From: Ruminococcus sp.
Lineage (GTDB): Bacteria; Bacillota; Clostridia; Oscillospirales; Ruminococcaceae
NCBI GenBank assembly: GCA_017649325.1
Contig: JAGCHA010000116.1
Location: 1-54,270 of the forward strand
Direction: 5' to 3'
DNA length: 54,270 nt
The notes beneath the pieces are model-generated. The model saw only the letters and a list, made by a program, of their open reading frames with translations. It was not told the origin of the DNA and ran no database searches. Of the stretch, positions 8,939 to 19,492 are shown in pieces; position 1 is the first letter of the stretch; the number at the start of each line of letters is the position of its first letter. A program made the position numbers and the translations under genes.

Positions 8939-11806
8939 ATGAACTTAAACGACAGTATGCACGGCTTTACCGTGACAAGGATACGCCCCGCGGGAAGCGT
9001 TGCGGGTGAACTCATCGAAATGACACACGACAGGACAGGTGCTCGCCTCGTGTGGCTCGACAACGGCGACGAGAACAAGGTGTTCTCCGTCAACTTCAAG
9101 ACCCCGCCTACGGACGATACGGGCGTTTTCCACATCATCGAGCACTCCGTCCTCGGAGGCTCGGAGAAGTACCCCGTAAAAGACCCTTTCCTCTACATGA
9201 TAAAGAGCTCGATGAACACCTTCCTCAACGCCATGACCTTCCCCGACAAGACCATGTACCCCGTCTCGAGCCGCAATGACCGCGATTTCATGAACCTCGC
9301 CGAGGTCTACCTCGACGGCGTGTTCAAGCCCCTCATACTCTCAAAGCCAGAGGCTTTCTATCAGGAGGGTCACCATATTGAGTGGCGCTCCGAGGAGGAT
9401 ACGCCGCTCTACAAGGGCGTCGTCTTCAACGAGATGAAGGGCGTTGAATCCTCGATTTACAGCCGAATCGAGGAGGAGCTCATGGCTATGCTCTATCCCG
9501 ATACCTGCTACGGATTCGAATCGGGCGGCAAGCCTGCGGCTATCCCCGACCTCACATATGAGCAGTTCGTGGCTGTCTACAAGAAGCATTATCATCCGTC
9601 AAATTCCTACTTTTACCTCGACGGTGCTGTCGATATCGAGCCCCTGCTTGCCCTCATCGACAAGTATATTTCCCAATACGAAAAAAACAGCGTGACTGTT
9701 GATATCCCCGTGCAGAAGCCTGTCGCTCATGCGGAAGAATCCTGCTTCTACGAGATCGCTCCCGAGGAGGAGGAAGAGGCTCACACGCATATTGCGCTCG
9801 GAAAGGTGCTGTGCTCGTGGGAGGAGCGCGAGAAGCTGACCGCATTCGTGGTGCTCGGAAATGCGCTCGCAGATACGAACGAGTCTCCGCTGAAGCGCGC
9901 TCTGCTCGATACGGGGCTGTGCCTCGACGTTTCGCTCACCGTGGAGGACGGTATCGCTCAGCCTTTCGGTGCGCTCAAAATCTATAATACCGATATGGAG
10001 AATGCTCCCGCCCTGCTCAAAACTGTCCGCGAGACTGTCGAAAAGCTCGTGAGGGACGGTATCGGCAAAGCCGCTCTTGCGGCGGCTATCGACCGCTATG
10101 AGTTCCGCGTAAAGGATAAACAGGAGCCGAAGGGGCTTATCCGCGGCATTATCTGCCTGAGTTCGTGGCTCTACGGCGGCGACCCGATGATGTACCTCGA
10201 CTGCGACGATATCTTCGATTTCCTCCGCAGTCAGCTCGACACCGACTACTACGAGAAGCTGCTCGCTGAGTGGCTGCTCGACGAGAAAGGCGCTGTTACG
10301 CTGTATATGCTCCCCTCGCACACCTACGGCGACGAGCAGAAAAAAATCGAACAGGAACGCGTCTGCGCTGAGGTGGAGGCTATGTCCGAGCAGGAAAAGG
10401 CGAAGCTGATAGAGCTCAACCGCAGGCTCGACGAGTGGCAGGCGACTCCCGATACGCCTGAAAATATCGCTTCCCTCCCCTCTCTGCCGCTGTCTGAGGT
10501 CAGCGAGCTGCCGCTCGCATTCGTGACCGATATCGGCGAAGAAAGCGGCTTTACCGTGCTCCGTCACCCCGCACGCAGCAAGGGTATCTCCACCGTCAAC
10601 CTCTACTTCGCGGCGGCTGACTTCTCCAAGCGCGAGCTCGAAGTTCTCGCCGTTATGACCGACCTTATCTCTGAGCTGCCTACCGTAAACTGCTCGGGAG
10701 CGGAGCTCCAGCAGCGCATCACGGGTACTCTCGGTAAGCTCGACATAAATGCCGCGGTGTTCGCCAAGGAGGGCGCTCGGAATGAGTGCAGCCCATACCT
10801 GACAGTGAAGGCAAGCTTCCTCGACCATAATACCGATAAGGCGCTCGCACTCATCGGTGAACTGCTGACCGAGACTGTCTTCGACAGTCCCGAGCAGATA
10901 CGCGAGATACTCCTCCAGTGCGACGAGGACATGAAACAGGATATCATCACCAACGGTCACCGTATCGCCATGCGCCGAGCAAGAAGCGGTATGTCCGCCG
11001 AATCTGCGATGACAGAACTGCTCTGCGGCTATGAGGCTTACCGCGCGCTCCACGCTGTCGCAAAGCCCTCGGATGAGGAGCTCGCCGGGCTTATCTCCGA
11101 ATTCAAGGCTGCAGCGGCTAAGCTCTTCTGCAAGGCTCGCCTTACTGCGGGTACTGTTTCCGCAGGCGACCTCTCACTCGGTGTGCTCGCGGATATGCTC
11201 CCCGAGGGTGAGGCGCCCGACCGCTCCGCGACCGGTTTCAAGCTCGATGTCCCCGAAAAACAGGGTATCATCATTCCCTCGGGTGTGTCGTACTCGGGTG
11301 CTGTGCTTACCTCGTATGAGTCCGATAAGCCTCTGTGGAGCGTGCTCTCGACCATTATCTCCTATGAGTATCTCTGGAATGAGGTGCGCGTCAAGGGCGG
11401 CGCCTACGGTACGGGCTTCGGCGTGAACAATATGGGCGAGGCTGCGTTTTATTCCTACCGCGACCCGTCGCCAGCGGGGGCTGTGTCCGCTTATGAGGGC
11501 ACCGCTGACTTCCTGCGGAACTACTGCGAGACTAAGCCCGATATAAGCTCCTACATCATCAGCAGTATCGCTCAGAGAGAACCGCTGATGTCCGATGCAG
11601 CCTACGGCTCTGCCGCAGACGAGCTCTTCTTCCGCGGTATCTCCGAGGAGAGCCGCCGCGATAACCGCCGCCGTATGCTCGCGCTCACTTCTGATGACCT
11701 GCTCGCCGCTGCCGACTCGCTCTCGGATGTCGGTCTGCGCTGCGTTGCAGGCTCCGCTGAGGCTATAAATGCCTGCGGCTCTGACTACGATATGTGTTCG
11801 CTCTGA
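8939..11806 (+). CDS. M16C (insulinase family, presequence-protease-like) zinc metallopeptidase
   Basis: Inverted zinc motif HIIEH, FLNAMTFPDKTMYP, GVVFNEMKG, YHPSNS, EVRVKGGAYG, SYRDP. Confidence 0.92.
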   Translation: MNLNDSMHGFTVTRIRPAGSVAGELIEMTHDRTGARLVWLDNGDENKVFSVNFKTPPTDDTGVFHIIEHSVLGGSEKYPVKDPFLYMIKSSMNTFLNAMTFPDKTMYPVSSRNDRDFMNLAEVYLDGVFKPLILSKPEAFYQEGHHIEWRSEEDTPLYKGVVFNEMKGVESSIYSRIEEELMAMLYPDTCYGFESGGKPAAIPDLTYEQFVAVYKKHYHPSNSYFYLDGAVDIEPLLALIDKYISQYEKNSVTVDIPVQKPVAHAEESCFYEIAPEEEEEAHTHIALGKVLCSWEEREKLTAFVVLGNALADTNESPLKRALLDTGLCLDVSLTVEDGIAQPFGALKIYNTDMENAPALLKTVRETVEKLVRDGIGKAALAAAIDRYEFRVKDKQEPKGLIRGIICLSSWLYGGDPMMYLDCDDIFDFLRSQLDTDYYEKLLAEWLLDEKGAVTLYMLPSHTYGDEQKKIEQERVCAEVEAMSEQEKAKLIELNRRLDEWQATPDTPENIASLPSLPLSEVSELPLAFVTDIGEESGFTVLRHPARSKGISTVNLYFAAADFSKRELEVLAVMTDLISELPTVNCSGAELQQRITGTLGKLDINAAVFAKEGARNECSPYLTVKASFLDHNTDKALALIGELLTETVFDSPEQIREILLQCDEDMKQDIITNGHRIAMRRARSGMSAESAMTELLCGYEAYRALHAVAKPSDEELAGLISEFKAAAAKLFCKARLTAGTVSAGDLSLGVLADMLPEGEAPDRSATGFKLDVPEKQGIIIPSGVSYSGAVLTSYESDKPLWSVLSTIISYEYLWNEVRVKGGAYGTGFGVNNMGEAAFYSYRDPSPAGAVSAYEGTADFLRNYCETKPDISSYIISSIAQREPLMSDAAYGSAADELFFRGISEESRRDNRRRMLALTSDDLLAAADSLSDVGLRCVAGSAEAINACGSDYDMCSL

Positions 11807-11840
11807 GCACACTTGTACGGTCACTTTCTGAAAAGAAATC

Positions 11841-11870
11841 GGGGGAGGAACTTTCCTAAGTTCCTCCCCC
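11841..11870. terminator. Hairpin between convergent M16C and O-antigen ligase-like genes
   Basis: GGGGGAGGAACTT-TCCT-AAGTTCCTCCCCC. Confidence 0.7.
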
Positions 11871-11960
11871 GTTAAGTTTTTGCCGCCCTGTATCAGGGCT
11901 GTGCTCAGCTTATCAGTGTGTCTGTGATAACTATCGTCGATGTGCCCGTCAGCACCTTGC

Positions 11961-13436
11961 TTACTTTTTCTTGGGAGCTGCTGCAGGCTCCGATGCGGGA
12001 ACTTCGTTCGTCTTCTCCTTTGCGGGAACTGCAAGCTGTGCTATCGAGCAGCCCGCTATACTCCAGAATATCGGCGAGAATGCTGTGTTGCTGCATCCGA
12101 TGAAGAATAACAGCACTCCGCCAAGCGTGAGGATGAACATACAAAGCTGTGTCCATGTGCCCTTTTTCGTTCTCTTCGCTCCGACCCACAGTACAGGCAC
12201 GAGCACTGCAATAAGTGCGATAAGTGACGGTATGCCGCGGGTCGCTGCTGTGTAAAGATACTCGTTGTACACCTTGTCGAAGGTGCCCTTGTTGACCATT
12301 ACTATGTCCGCGATGGGCGAGTTCTCGTCAGCGCCCGATTCTCCGAAGGTATAGAGCTGAGGGAATACGAGCTGCTCCGGTCCTGTTCCCGTGAGAGCGT
12401 GTGAGCTGATGATGTTCATTGCTTTGCGGTTCAGCGTATAGTATACGTCATAGGTGTCGTCGAGGTCAACCAGTGTTGGGTCGGGCTCGCCGCTCGCGGA
12501 TATGCGGTAGTAGGAATCTGCGAACCAGAGGATGCGTCCGTCGTAGAGGCGGTAGCTTGAGATGTTGCCGATAAGTCCTGCCTGCACGAGACCTATCGCG
12601 GCGGCTGCAGGTACTATCACCGCGAGCACCGAGGCAAGTCCTGCCTTGCTGACTTTGAGCCTGAAAACTGCGACTGTCGCTGCTATTACTGCGAATACTG
12701 CTCCGCAGATGCCGATGAGCGAATAGGTGAACATCATCGTGAACGAGCATATCGCCGCTGTCGCGAGGAAGAACACCTTGCTGCCCTTGCCCTTGACCGA
12801 TACCGCCGCGATGAGCGACGAGGTTATCACGAGGGTGAGCACCATTGCGAGGAAAAGCGGCGACTGAGAAAGTCCGGAGGCGGCGTTGGGCTGTATCTCC
12901 ATGGATACCATTCGGTAGTTGCTTATCTTGCCTGTGAATACCTGTATCAGGCCGAATGCCGAATTGAGCAGACCGAGTCCCGCAAGGCCGTAAATAACGG
13001 TCTTTAGCACTTTTTCACGTCTTATCGAGGCGGCTGTGATGAAGAAGCAGAGGTAGAATACCAGAGCGAGCAATCCCTCGCCTCTGCCGTTGTAGCCGTA
13101 GAAGGATATGCCGGCATCGTAGGAGTTTGCGAGCGACACGATGCCCCACAGGAGCATTGCCGCAAATGCGCAGACGGGAAATACGAGCTTGCCGCTGACG
13201 TACTTCTTTATCAGTGCGATGAGCGCGAGTATCATACAGATAACGCCTGATACAGCAAGTCCTGCGGCGGAGAGCTCATGCATCGAGTCGTGTACGATGA
13301 CGGGGATAGCAGTTGCGAGCGATGTCGTGAACAGAGCCGCAAGCAGTCCGAACGAGGCGAGCTTCGAGTATTTCTCCTCGGTCAGATTAAGAATGAAGTT
13401 TGATTTTTCACTTGTGTGGAATATTTCCTTAGCCAT
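11961..13436 (-). CDS. O-antigen ligase (Wzy_C)-like polytopic membrane protein
   Basis: Many TM helices; GRGEGLL, LTGTGPEQ, FDKVYNEYL...RGIP resemble the family loop motifs (GxG; HNxYL-like, here YNEYL). Confidence 0.65.
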   Translation of the reverse strand: MAKEIFHTSEKSNFILNLTEEKYSKLASFGLLAALFTTSLATAIPVIVHDSMHELSAAGLAVSGVICMILALIALIKKYVSGKLVFPVCAFAAMLLWGIVSLANSYDAGISFYGYNGRGEGLLALVFYLCFFITAASIRREKVLKTVIYGLAGLGLLNSAFGLIQVFTGKISNYRMVSMEIQPNAASGLSQSPLFLAMVLTLVITSSLIAAVSVKGKGSKVFFLATAAICSFTMMFTYSLIGICGAVFAVIAATVAVFRLKVSKAGLASVLAVIVPAAAAIGLVQAGLIGNISSYRLYDGRILWFADSYYRISASGEPDPTLVDLDDTYDVYYTLNRKAMNIISSHALTGTGPEQLVFPQLYTFGESGADENSPIADIVMVNKGTFDKVYNEYLYTAATRGIPSLIALIAVLVPVLWVGAKRTKKGTWTQLCMFILTLGGVLLFFIGCSNTAFSPIFWSIAGCSIAQLAVPAKEKTNEVPASEPAAAPKKK

Positions 13437-13457
13437 ATGTGTGACCTTTCCTTTGCG

Positions 13458-15113
13458 TTAATTTGCTTTGACGGTTATTTTGTAGGTGTCGCCCTCGCCC
13501 TTGCGGACGGTAATCGATGTCTGAGGGTCTATGGAAAGCGTGCCGTCTGAGCCGTACCACATAAAGCCGCTCATACGGCGGTCGATGACTGCTCCGTCGC
13601 GGAACAGATTGTCGGTGGCGTCATTGCCCTCGTTCACGAGGCGTATGAAGCGGATTCCGTTGTTATAGTTGGTAGCCTCGTTGTTACCGCTCGCGTACTT
13701 CCAGCTCGGATATGTGAGGTTGCTGTTCTGCGTTGCTTCGACGTGATATATGCGGACTCCGCTTCCCGTACTCTTCCACCAGTAATCTTTCAGGCGGAGA
13801 TTGTTGTTGTCAAGCGTTGCATACTCGATGATGAAGAACTCCGAGCGGTACTTGTCAGCGAGAGTGCCGCGGGGTATCATCACGCAGTTGCCGTCGTCGG
13901 TCTCGCTGTTGTAAAGGGTGAACTCCTGCTCGCCCTGTGCGCGGTCGAATATGCTGACCTGTCCTTCTTGGTACCAGCCGAGCATCAGCTTAGAGGCGGC
14001 GCCGAAGTCGCCTATCGCGTCGTCCATGAGCTCGAAGCCGCCCGAGCCATGCATTCCCTGAAAATCATCAACATCGTAGAGGTAGTAGTCGGGGAGACCC
14101 ATGGAGTGTCCCGTCTCGTGGGAATAGGTCTGGCAGAAGGCTGCATATGAGTTCTTAGCCTCGATGTTGCGGTTGCCGACAGTGACGTGTCCCATCTTCA
14201 TGCCGTCAAAGGTCAGCTTGTTGTCTCCGCCGTATACTCCCGAGGTAGGCCACCAGTTTTCTCTGCCCGCTGTGCTCGGTACGATGATGAGAACGCCGTC
14301 TATCGTACCGTCGCTGTCGGCATCGTAGTCGCTGTAGTCTATCTGCGAGTCAAATGCGGTCATCACCTCATCGATGAGCCGCCTGTGGAATTTGTCTCCC
14401 TCGTAAGCCGATATCGCGTACTGCGCTGTGTACTCGTATGCCTTGCCCGTGAGATGCATCGCTCCCTTTGAGGAACGCTCGTAGAAGGCGTTTACACTCT
14501 CGAGCGGGAACTGCCTGCTTTCAGGGTCTGCCTCACCGAAGAGCGCCTGCTCGACCTCGTCCGTCGATGCCTTATAGTCGAATTTAAGGTTGGGGAACTC
14601 CACGCTGAAAACGACCATTCTGCCCTCGCCCTGCGACGGCATCGAGCCGTAGAGGTCGTATATCGGCGCGTCGATGTAGTCGGGGCGGTCCTCTTTGGAG
14701 TACCAGCGGTAGATGAGCTCCGCATTTTCGGGCTCGATGACTATCTTTCGCAGCGCGATGAGGTCAAAGGTATCTATCACGCCGTCCTGATCGACATCAG
14801 CAAGCTGGAAGTATTTGACTCCGCTCCTTATAGCGTCCTGTCCGAGGGAGGATATCTCGCTGCGCACGCCCGTCAGGTAGTACGCTCCGTCCATATCGTA
14901 GATGCCCGTCTCAGGCAGGGCGGCGGCACCAAGTACGTACTTTGAAAGAATAACGAGATCGGCGACGGTGAATTTGTCATCGCTGTTGAGGTCGCCGACA
15001 TAGCTTACCCGCTTCCACTCCGCTGAGGCGGACATGCCGGAGGGAAGTCCATATGAAGCGGCAGCGCCTGCGGCGAGCAGGAAAGCTGCGGCTCTCTTTA
15101 TCAGTGCTCTCAT
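13458..15113 (-). CDS. Secreted M6-family (immune inhibitor A-like) metalloprotease with N-terminal dockerin
   Basis: Signal peptide; dockerin loops GDLNSDDKFTVADL and ADVDQDGVIDTFDL; DYSDYDADSDGTID; HETGHSMGLPDYY; LMD; KLMLGW. Confidence 0.85.
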   Translation of the reverse strand: MRALIKRAAAFLLAAGAAASYGLPSGMSASAEWKRVSYVGDLNSDDKFTVADLVILSKYVLGAAALPETGIYDMDGAYYLTGVRSEISSLGQDAIRSGVKYFQLADVDQDGVIDTFDLIALRKIVIEPENAELIYRWYSKEDRPDYIDAPIYDLYGSMPSQGEGRMVVFSVEFPNLKFDYKASTDEVEQALFGEADPESRQFPLESVNAFYERSSKGAMHLTGKAYEYTAQYAISAYEGDKFHRRLIDEVMTAFDSQIDYSDYDADSDGTIDGVLIIVPSTAGRENWWPTSGVYGGDNKLTFDGMKMGHVTVGNRNIEAKNSYAAFCQTYSHETGHSMGLPDYYLYDVDDFQGMHGSGGFELMDDAIGDFGAASKLMLGWYQEGQVSIFDRAQGEQEFTLYNSETDDGNCVMIPRGTLADKYRSEFFIIEYATLDNNNLRLKDYWWKSTGSGVRIYHVEATQNSNLTYPSWKYASGNNEATNYNNGIRFIRLVNEGNDATDNLFRDGAVIDRRMSGFMWYGSDGTLSIDPQTSITVRKGEGDTYKITVKAN

Positions 15114-15139
15114 ATTATCAGCTCCTTATCAGAAGGTAC

Positions 15140-15172
15140 AAAAAGGGCTGCGGACGATAACGTCCGCAGCCG
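15140..15172 (-). terminator. Intrinsic terminator after rny
   Basis: GGCTGCGGACG-ttat-CGTCCGCAGCC followed by CTTTTT on the minus strand. Confidence 0.7.
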
Positions 15173-15177
15173 ACCGA

Positions 15178-16755
15178 TCATTTTGCGTAATCTGAAACTC
15201 TGCTCTCGCGAATGAGGTTGACCTTGATCTGACCCGGGTAATCCATTTCAGTCTCGATCTGCTGAGCGATCTGTCTTGCAACGAGTACCATTTTCTCGTC
15301 GTTGATGACCTCGGGAACAACCATGATCCTGACTTCGCGGCCTGCCTGAACTGCAAAGCACTTATCAACGCCCTCGTAGGAGGTGCATATCTCCTCAAGC
15401 TTCTGGAGACGCTTGATATAGCTCTCATAGTTCTCGCTTCTTGCGGCAGGTCTTGCAGCGGAAATAGCGTCGGCAGCCTGTACTATGCAGGCAATGACTG
15501 TTCTCGGCTCAACATCGTTGTGGTGAGCTTCGACAGCGTGTATAACAACGGGATTTTCGTTGTATTTTTTACATACGTCAACGCCTATCTGTACGTGCGA
15601 GCCCTCTATCTCGGAGGTCAGTGCCTTTCCGATATCGTGGAGGAGTCCTGCGCGTCTTGCCATATTGGCGTCAACTCCGAGCTCGGAGGCGAGCACGCCG
15701 CAGAGCTGCGCAACTTCTATCGAGTGGTCGAGTACGTTCTGTCTGTAGCTCGTACGGAACTTCAGACGTCCGAGGAGCTTGATGAGCTCGTGGTTGAGAC
15801 CGTGAACATTGGTCTCGATGACGGCTCTTTCACCCTCCTGCTTGATGCGGTGCTCTACCTCGCGGCGAGCCTTATCGACCATTTCTTCGATGCGTGTGGG
15901 GTGGATACGTCCGTCGGCAATGAGCTTTTCAAGTGCTATCCTTGCCACCTCGCGGCGTATCTGGTCGAAGCATGAGAGCGTGATAGCCTCGGGCGTATCG
16001 TCGATGATGAGGTCGACGCCCGTGAGGGTCTCGAGGGTGCGGATATTGCGTCCCTCGCGTCCGATTATCCTGCCCTTCATCTCGTCATTCGGGAGAGGTA
16101 CTACGGAAACGGCTGCCTCCGATACCTGATCCGCGGCTACCTTTGCGATAGCGAGCGAGATGTAGCTCCTTGCCTTTTCGTTGCATTCGTCCTTGAGGAG
16201 CTGCTCATACGCCTGCACCTTCACAGCCTTTTCGTGTACAAGGTCGTCCTCAAGTGTTGAAAGGATGTATTCCTTTGCCTGATCCTTTGTGAATTCCGAG
16301 ATCCTCTCGAGAATGTCCATCTGAGACTTCTTTATCGACTCAGCCTCCTTGAGCTTTTCGTCGGCACTCTTTATCTTCTGGTTGAGAGTGTCCTCCTTCT
16401 TTTCAAGGTTATCGGTCTTCTTATCGAGATTCTCCTCTTTCTGCTGCATACGTCTTTCCTGACGTGACAGTTCAGCCCTGCGATCCTTGATCTCTTTGTC
16501 CGCCTCGCTGCGGAGCTTATGTATCTCATCCTTTGCTTCGATAAGGGCGCTCTTCTTCTTGTTGTCGGCGTCCTTCTCGGCGTCCTCGACTATGCGTGCA
16601 GCCTGCTGCTCGGCAGAGCCGACCATAGTTTCAGCCTCGTGCTTGCGCTGCTCAACGCCCGCGGACACACCTTTCTTATAGGCGATGAGTGCGCCTACTG
16701 CCGCACCTGCGATGAGAGCAACTACGATGAGTATGATTACAATTACAGGATCCAT
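15178..16755 (-). CDS. rny: Ribonuclease Y
   Basis: N-terminal TM, coiled coil, KH domain ([14 protein letters not shown]), HD domain (GLLHDIGKA), ADAISAARP. The start is 16755 or 16764. Confidence 0.97.
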   Translation of the reverse strand: MDPVIVIILIVVALIAGAAVGALIAYKKGVSAGVEQRKHEAETMVGSAEQQAARIVEDAEKDADNKKKSALIEAKDEIHKLRSEADKEIKDRRAELSRQERRMQQKEENLDKKTDNLEKKEDTLNQKIKSADEKLKEAESIKKSQMDILERISEFTKDQAKEYILSTLEDDLVHEKAVKVQAYEQLLKDECNEKARSYISLAIAKVAADQVSEAAVSVVPLPNDEMKGRIIGREGRNIRTLETLTGVDLIIDDTPEAITLSCFDQIRREVARIALEKLIADGRIHPTRIEEMVDKARREVEHRIKQEGERAVIETNVHGLNHELIKLLGRLKFRTSYRQNVLDHSIEVAQLCGVLASELGVDANMARRAGLLHDIGKALTSEIEGSHVQIGVDVCKKYNENPVVIHAVEAHHNDVEPRTVIACIVQAADAISAARPAARSENYESYIKRLQKLEEICTSYEGVDKCFAVQAGREVRIMVVPEVINDEKMVLVARQIAQQIETEMDYPGQIKVNLIRESRVSDYAK

Positions 16756-17033
16756 ACAGTGCATTACCTCCTTTTCGTAACATTGTTTGTATCATAAAAC
16801 CTTTATTACTCAAGGCGGTAAATGCCGCTTATTTTATTCATTTGTTAAAATATATTGATAAGAATGCCGCCCCCTCGCGGCATCGGTAAAATCGGGCTCT
16901 CCGCCCATCTTTTTGTTCATATATCTTATCCGCCGCCGGCTTGTTTCTTTATCGCACGTGCCGCGGAATGATTTAAAACAAAGCTGCAATTACTGCCAAA
17001 AGCAATATTTTTGCAAATAAATACAACACAGTT

Positions 17034-17062
17034 ATTATACACTTTTTTTGCATTTCTGTCAA
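17034..17062 (-). promoter_or_regulatory. sigmaA promoter upstream of rny
   Basis: TTGACA-17 nt-TATAAT on the minus strand, about 270 nt upstream of the start codon. Confidence 0.7.
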
Positions 17063-17164
17063 TAGATTTTCCGTGATTATTTACGGAGAGGATAAAATTA
17101 AATGTGTGAACTTGCGCGGCAGGCTGCGCTGTTCTCGGCTGAGGGGGATTTTTTAAAAAAACTG

Positions 17165-17193
17165 TTGAAATTTATCTTTATATATGTTATACT
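17165..17193 (+). promoter_or_regulatory. sigmaA promoter for the hypothetical-dehydrogenase-proBA cluster
   Basis: TTGAAA-17 nt-TATACT with extended TG. Confidence 0.55.
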
Positions 17194-17279
17194 TATAAAA
17201 GCGTATCTTTTTCTGTAAAAAGATTTTCGGAAAAGTACATCATCTTATCCCGCTTCACCGCGGAGAATGGAGTTACATA

Positions 17280-17660
17280 ATGATAGATATCAATATGCTC
17301 ACTACCCTTTCAGAGGCAGAGATAGAAAATCCCAATCTCTTCCCCTTCCCCTTCTCGATGCACGTCGGCTTCGCTATCGTCGGTCTCATTTTCTTCCTCT
17401 ACCGCTTCGTTACCGATAAGAAGCCCTATCAGCTCATTTTCGCTTTCGCGATCCCATTCTCGCTCACGATCTGGCTCTCGGAGAGCCGCGCGTGGTTCTA
17501 TACGCTCGGTGCTGTCGAGGCTGTGCTCGTGATATGCGCGTTCATCACTACCTTCATCTTCAAGGATAAGCCCGAGGAACAGCCTGCCGCTCCCGCAAAG
17601 GAAGATGAGGCTCCTGCCGCTGACGCCGATGAGGACAGCGACGACGAGGATGAGGAGTAA
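17280..17660 (+). CDS. Hypothetical membrane protein (3 TM, acidic tail)
   Basis: GGAG RBS, three hydrophobic segments, 3 nt from the next gene. Confidence 0.75.
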   Translation: MIDINMLTTLSEAEIENPNLFPFPFSMHVGFAIVGLIFFLYRFVTDKKPYQLIFAFAIPFSLTIWLSESRAWFYTLGAVEAVLVICAFITTFIFKDKPEEQPAAPAKEDEAPAADADEDSDDEDEE

Positions 17661-17663
17661 GCC

Positions 17664-18614
17664 GTGAAAATAGCTGTTCTTGACTGGTATACCGTCAGCG
17701 TGAGCGGTGATATCACCACCGAGGCTCTCGAGCAGTTCGGCGAAGTGAAGGTCATCTCCCTGACCAAGCCCGAGGAGACCGCCGCCAATATCGGCGATGC
17801 GGATATCGTCCTCTGTAATAAGGTGCTCATTACAAAAGAGGTCATGGACGCTTGTCCGAACCTCAGATACGTGGGACTGTTCGCGACAGGATATAATAAC
17901 GTCGATGTCGCTTACGCCGCGGAAAAAGGGATAACGGTCTGCAATGCGGGGCAGTATTCCACAAATGCCGTGGCTCAGCAGGTCTTTGCTTACATTCTCG
18001 ACCGCTACAGCCGCATACGCGACTACGATAACGCCGTGAAAAACGGCGAGTGGGAACGCTCTCCCGCGTTCTCATATTTCCCGATACCGACTGCCGAGCT
18101 CGCGGGGCAGACACTCGCGATAGTGGGCTACGGCTCGATAGGCAGACGCGTGGCTGAGATAGGTTCCGCTTTCGGAATGAATATCGTCGTCAGCACCAGA
18201 ACAAAGCCGACCGACTGCCCGTATCAGGTCACTGATATCATGACTGCCGCAAAAATGGCGGACGTCATCACTTTCCATTGTCCGCTCACCGAGCAGACAA
18301 AAGGGCTCGTCAACAGCGGGCTCCTCGGCGTGATGAAGCCTACTGCGACACTTATCAATACCTCCCGCGGCCCCGTCGTGAATGAGGCCGACCTCGCGGA
18401 GGCTCTCAACAGCGGCAAAATTGCCGCCGCGTATGCGGACGTCCTCGAAAAGGAGCCCATGTCTCCCGATACGCCCCTGAAACACGCGAAAAATCTGACC
18501 ATTACCCCGCACACGGCATGGGCGGCTTTCGAGACCAGAAAACGCCTCGTGGACATTGTCTGCGGGAATATCCGCGCGTGGCTGGACGGCTCGCCAATGA
18601 ATAAAGTCAACTGA
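17664..18614 (+). CDS. D-2-hydroxyacid dehydrogenase (glycerate dehydrogenase-like)
   Basis: ATGYNNVD, GYGSIG Rossmann motif, HCPLT, LINTSRG, DVLEKEP, ITPHTAW. Confidence 0.92.
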   Translation: MKIAVLDWYTVSVSGDITTEALEQFGEVKVISLTKPEETAANIGDADIVLCNKVLITKEVMDACPNLRYVGLFATGYNNVDVAYAAEKGITVCNAGQYSTNAVAQQVFAYILDRYSRIRDYDNAVKNGEWERSPAFSYFPIPTAELAGQTLAIVGYGSIGRRVAEIGSAFGMNIVVSTRTKPTDCPYQVTDIMTAAKMADVITFHCPLTEQTKGLVNSGLLGVMKPTATLINTSRGPVVNEADLAEALNSGKIAAAYADVLEKEPMSPDTPLKHAKNLTITPHTAWAAFETRKRLVDIVCGNIRAWLDGSPMNKVN

Positions 18615-18626
18615 AGGTAGCATACC

Positions 18627-19421
18627 ATGAGAAATATATCAGAAAAAAAGAGGGTCGTCATCAAGCTCGGCACCTCTACTCTCGCCCATAAAACGGGCAA
18701 ACTCAATATACGCCGCATGACGAACCTCGTCAGGGTCATATCCGACCTCCACAATGCGGGACGTGAGATAATTATGGTCTCGTCGGGAGCTGTCGGTCTC
18801 GGCGCGGGCAAGCTCGGACTCCCCGAGAAGCCAAAGCAGACCAATATAAAGCAGGCTGTCGCCGCTATCGGTCAGTGCGAGCTAATGCACGTGTACGACG
18901 ATATGTTCGCGAAATACAGCGTCACGGTGGCGCAGATACTGCTCACAAAGGCGATAATCGACAACCCGAGCCACTGCGCGAACTTCAAGACCGCTGTCGA
19001 GACACTCGTCGGTATGGGCGTTATTCCCATAGTCAACGAGAATGACACTATCGCTATCGACGAGCTGGAGCTCGAAATAGGCGAGAACGACTCGCTCTCC
19101 GCTCTCGTCGCGGAGCTCTCGGGAGCTGACCTCCTGCTCATTCTCTCCGACATCGACGGGTTCTACACCGACGACCCGCGCACTAACCCCGACGCTGAGC
19201 CGATACACGTCGTGGAGGCGATAACCCCCGAGATAGAGGCTATGGCGGGCGGTGCGGGCACAGCACTCGGAACGGGCGGTATGTCCACGAAGATTAACGC
19301 CGCCAAAATAGCGACCGAAGCAGGCATCGACATGGTCATTATGAACGGCAGAGACCCCGAAAAGCTCTACGACCTCTTCGAGGACGCGGAGATAGGTACG
19401 CTGTTTAAAGCAAACAAATGA
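18627..19421 (+). CDS. proB: Glutamate 5-kinase (no PUA domain)
   Basis: VIKLGTS, VSSGAVG, AAIGQ, PIVNEND, GTGGMSTK; adjacent to proA. Confidence 0.96.
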   Translation: MRNISEKKRVVIKLGTSTLAHKTGKLNIRRMTNLVRVISDLHNAGREIIMVSSGAVGLGAGKLGLPEKPKQTNIKQAVAAIGQCELMHVYDDMFAKYSVTVAQILLTKAIIDNPSHCANFKTAVETLVGMGVIPIVNENDTIAIDELELEIGENDSLSALVAELSGADLLLILSDIDGFYTDDPRTNPDAEPIHVVEAITPEIEAMAGGAGTALGTGGMSTKINAAKIATEAGIDMVIMNGRDPEKLYDLFEDAEIGTLFKANK

Positions 19422-19492
19422 TTTCAGATATTTATCGCCGCCGGCGATAACATAAGCTTAAGGCTAACGGCTTTAACAATGAGGTGAATATT

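Noticed and set aside
18627-19421. proB lacking the PUA domain
   Set aside because: Short ProB is common in Firmicutes; clean stop and intact catalytic motifs.
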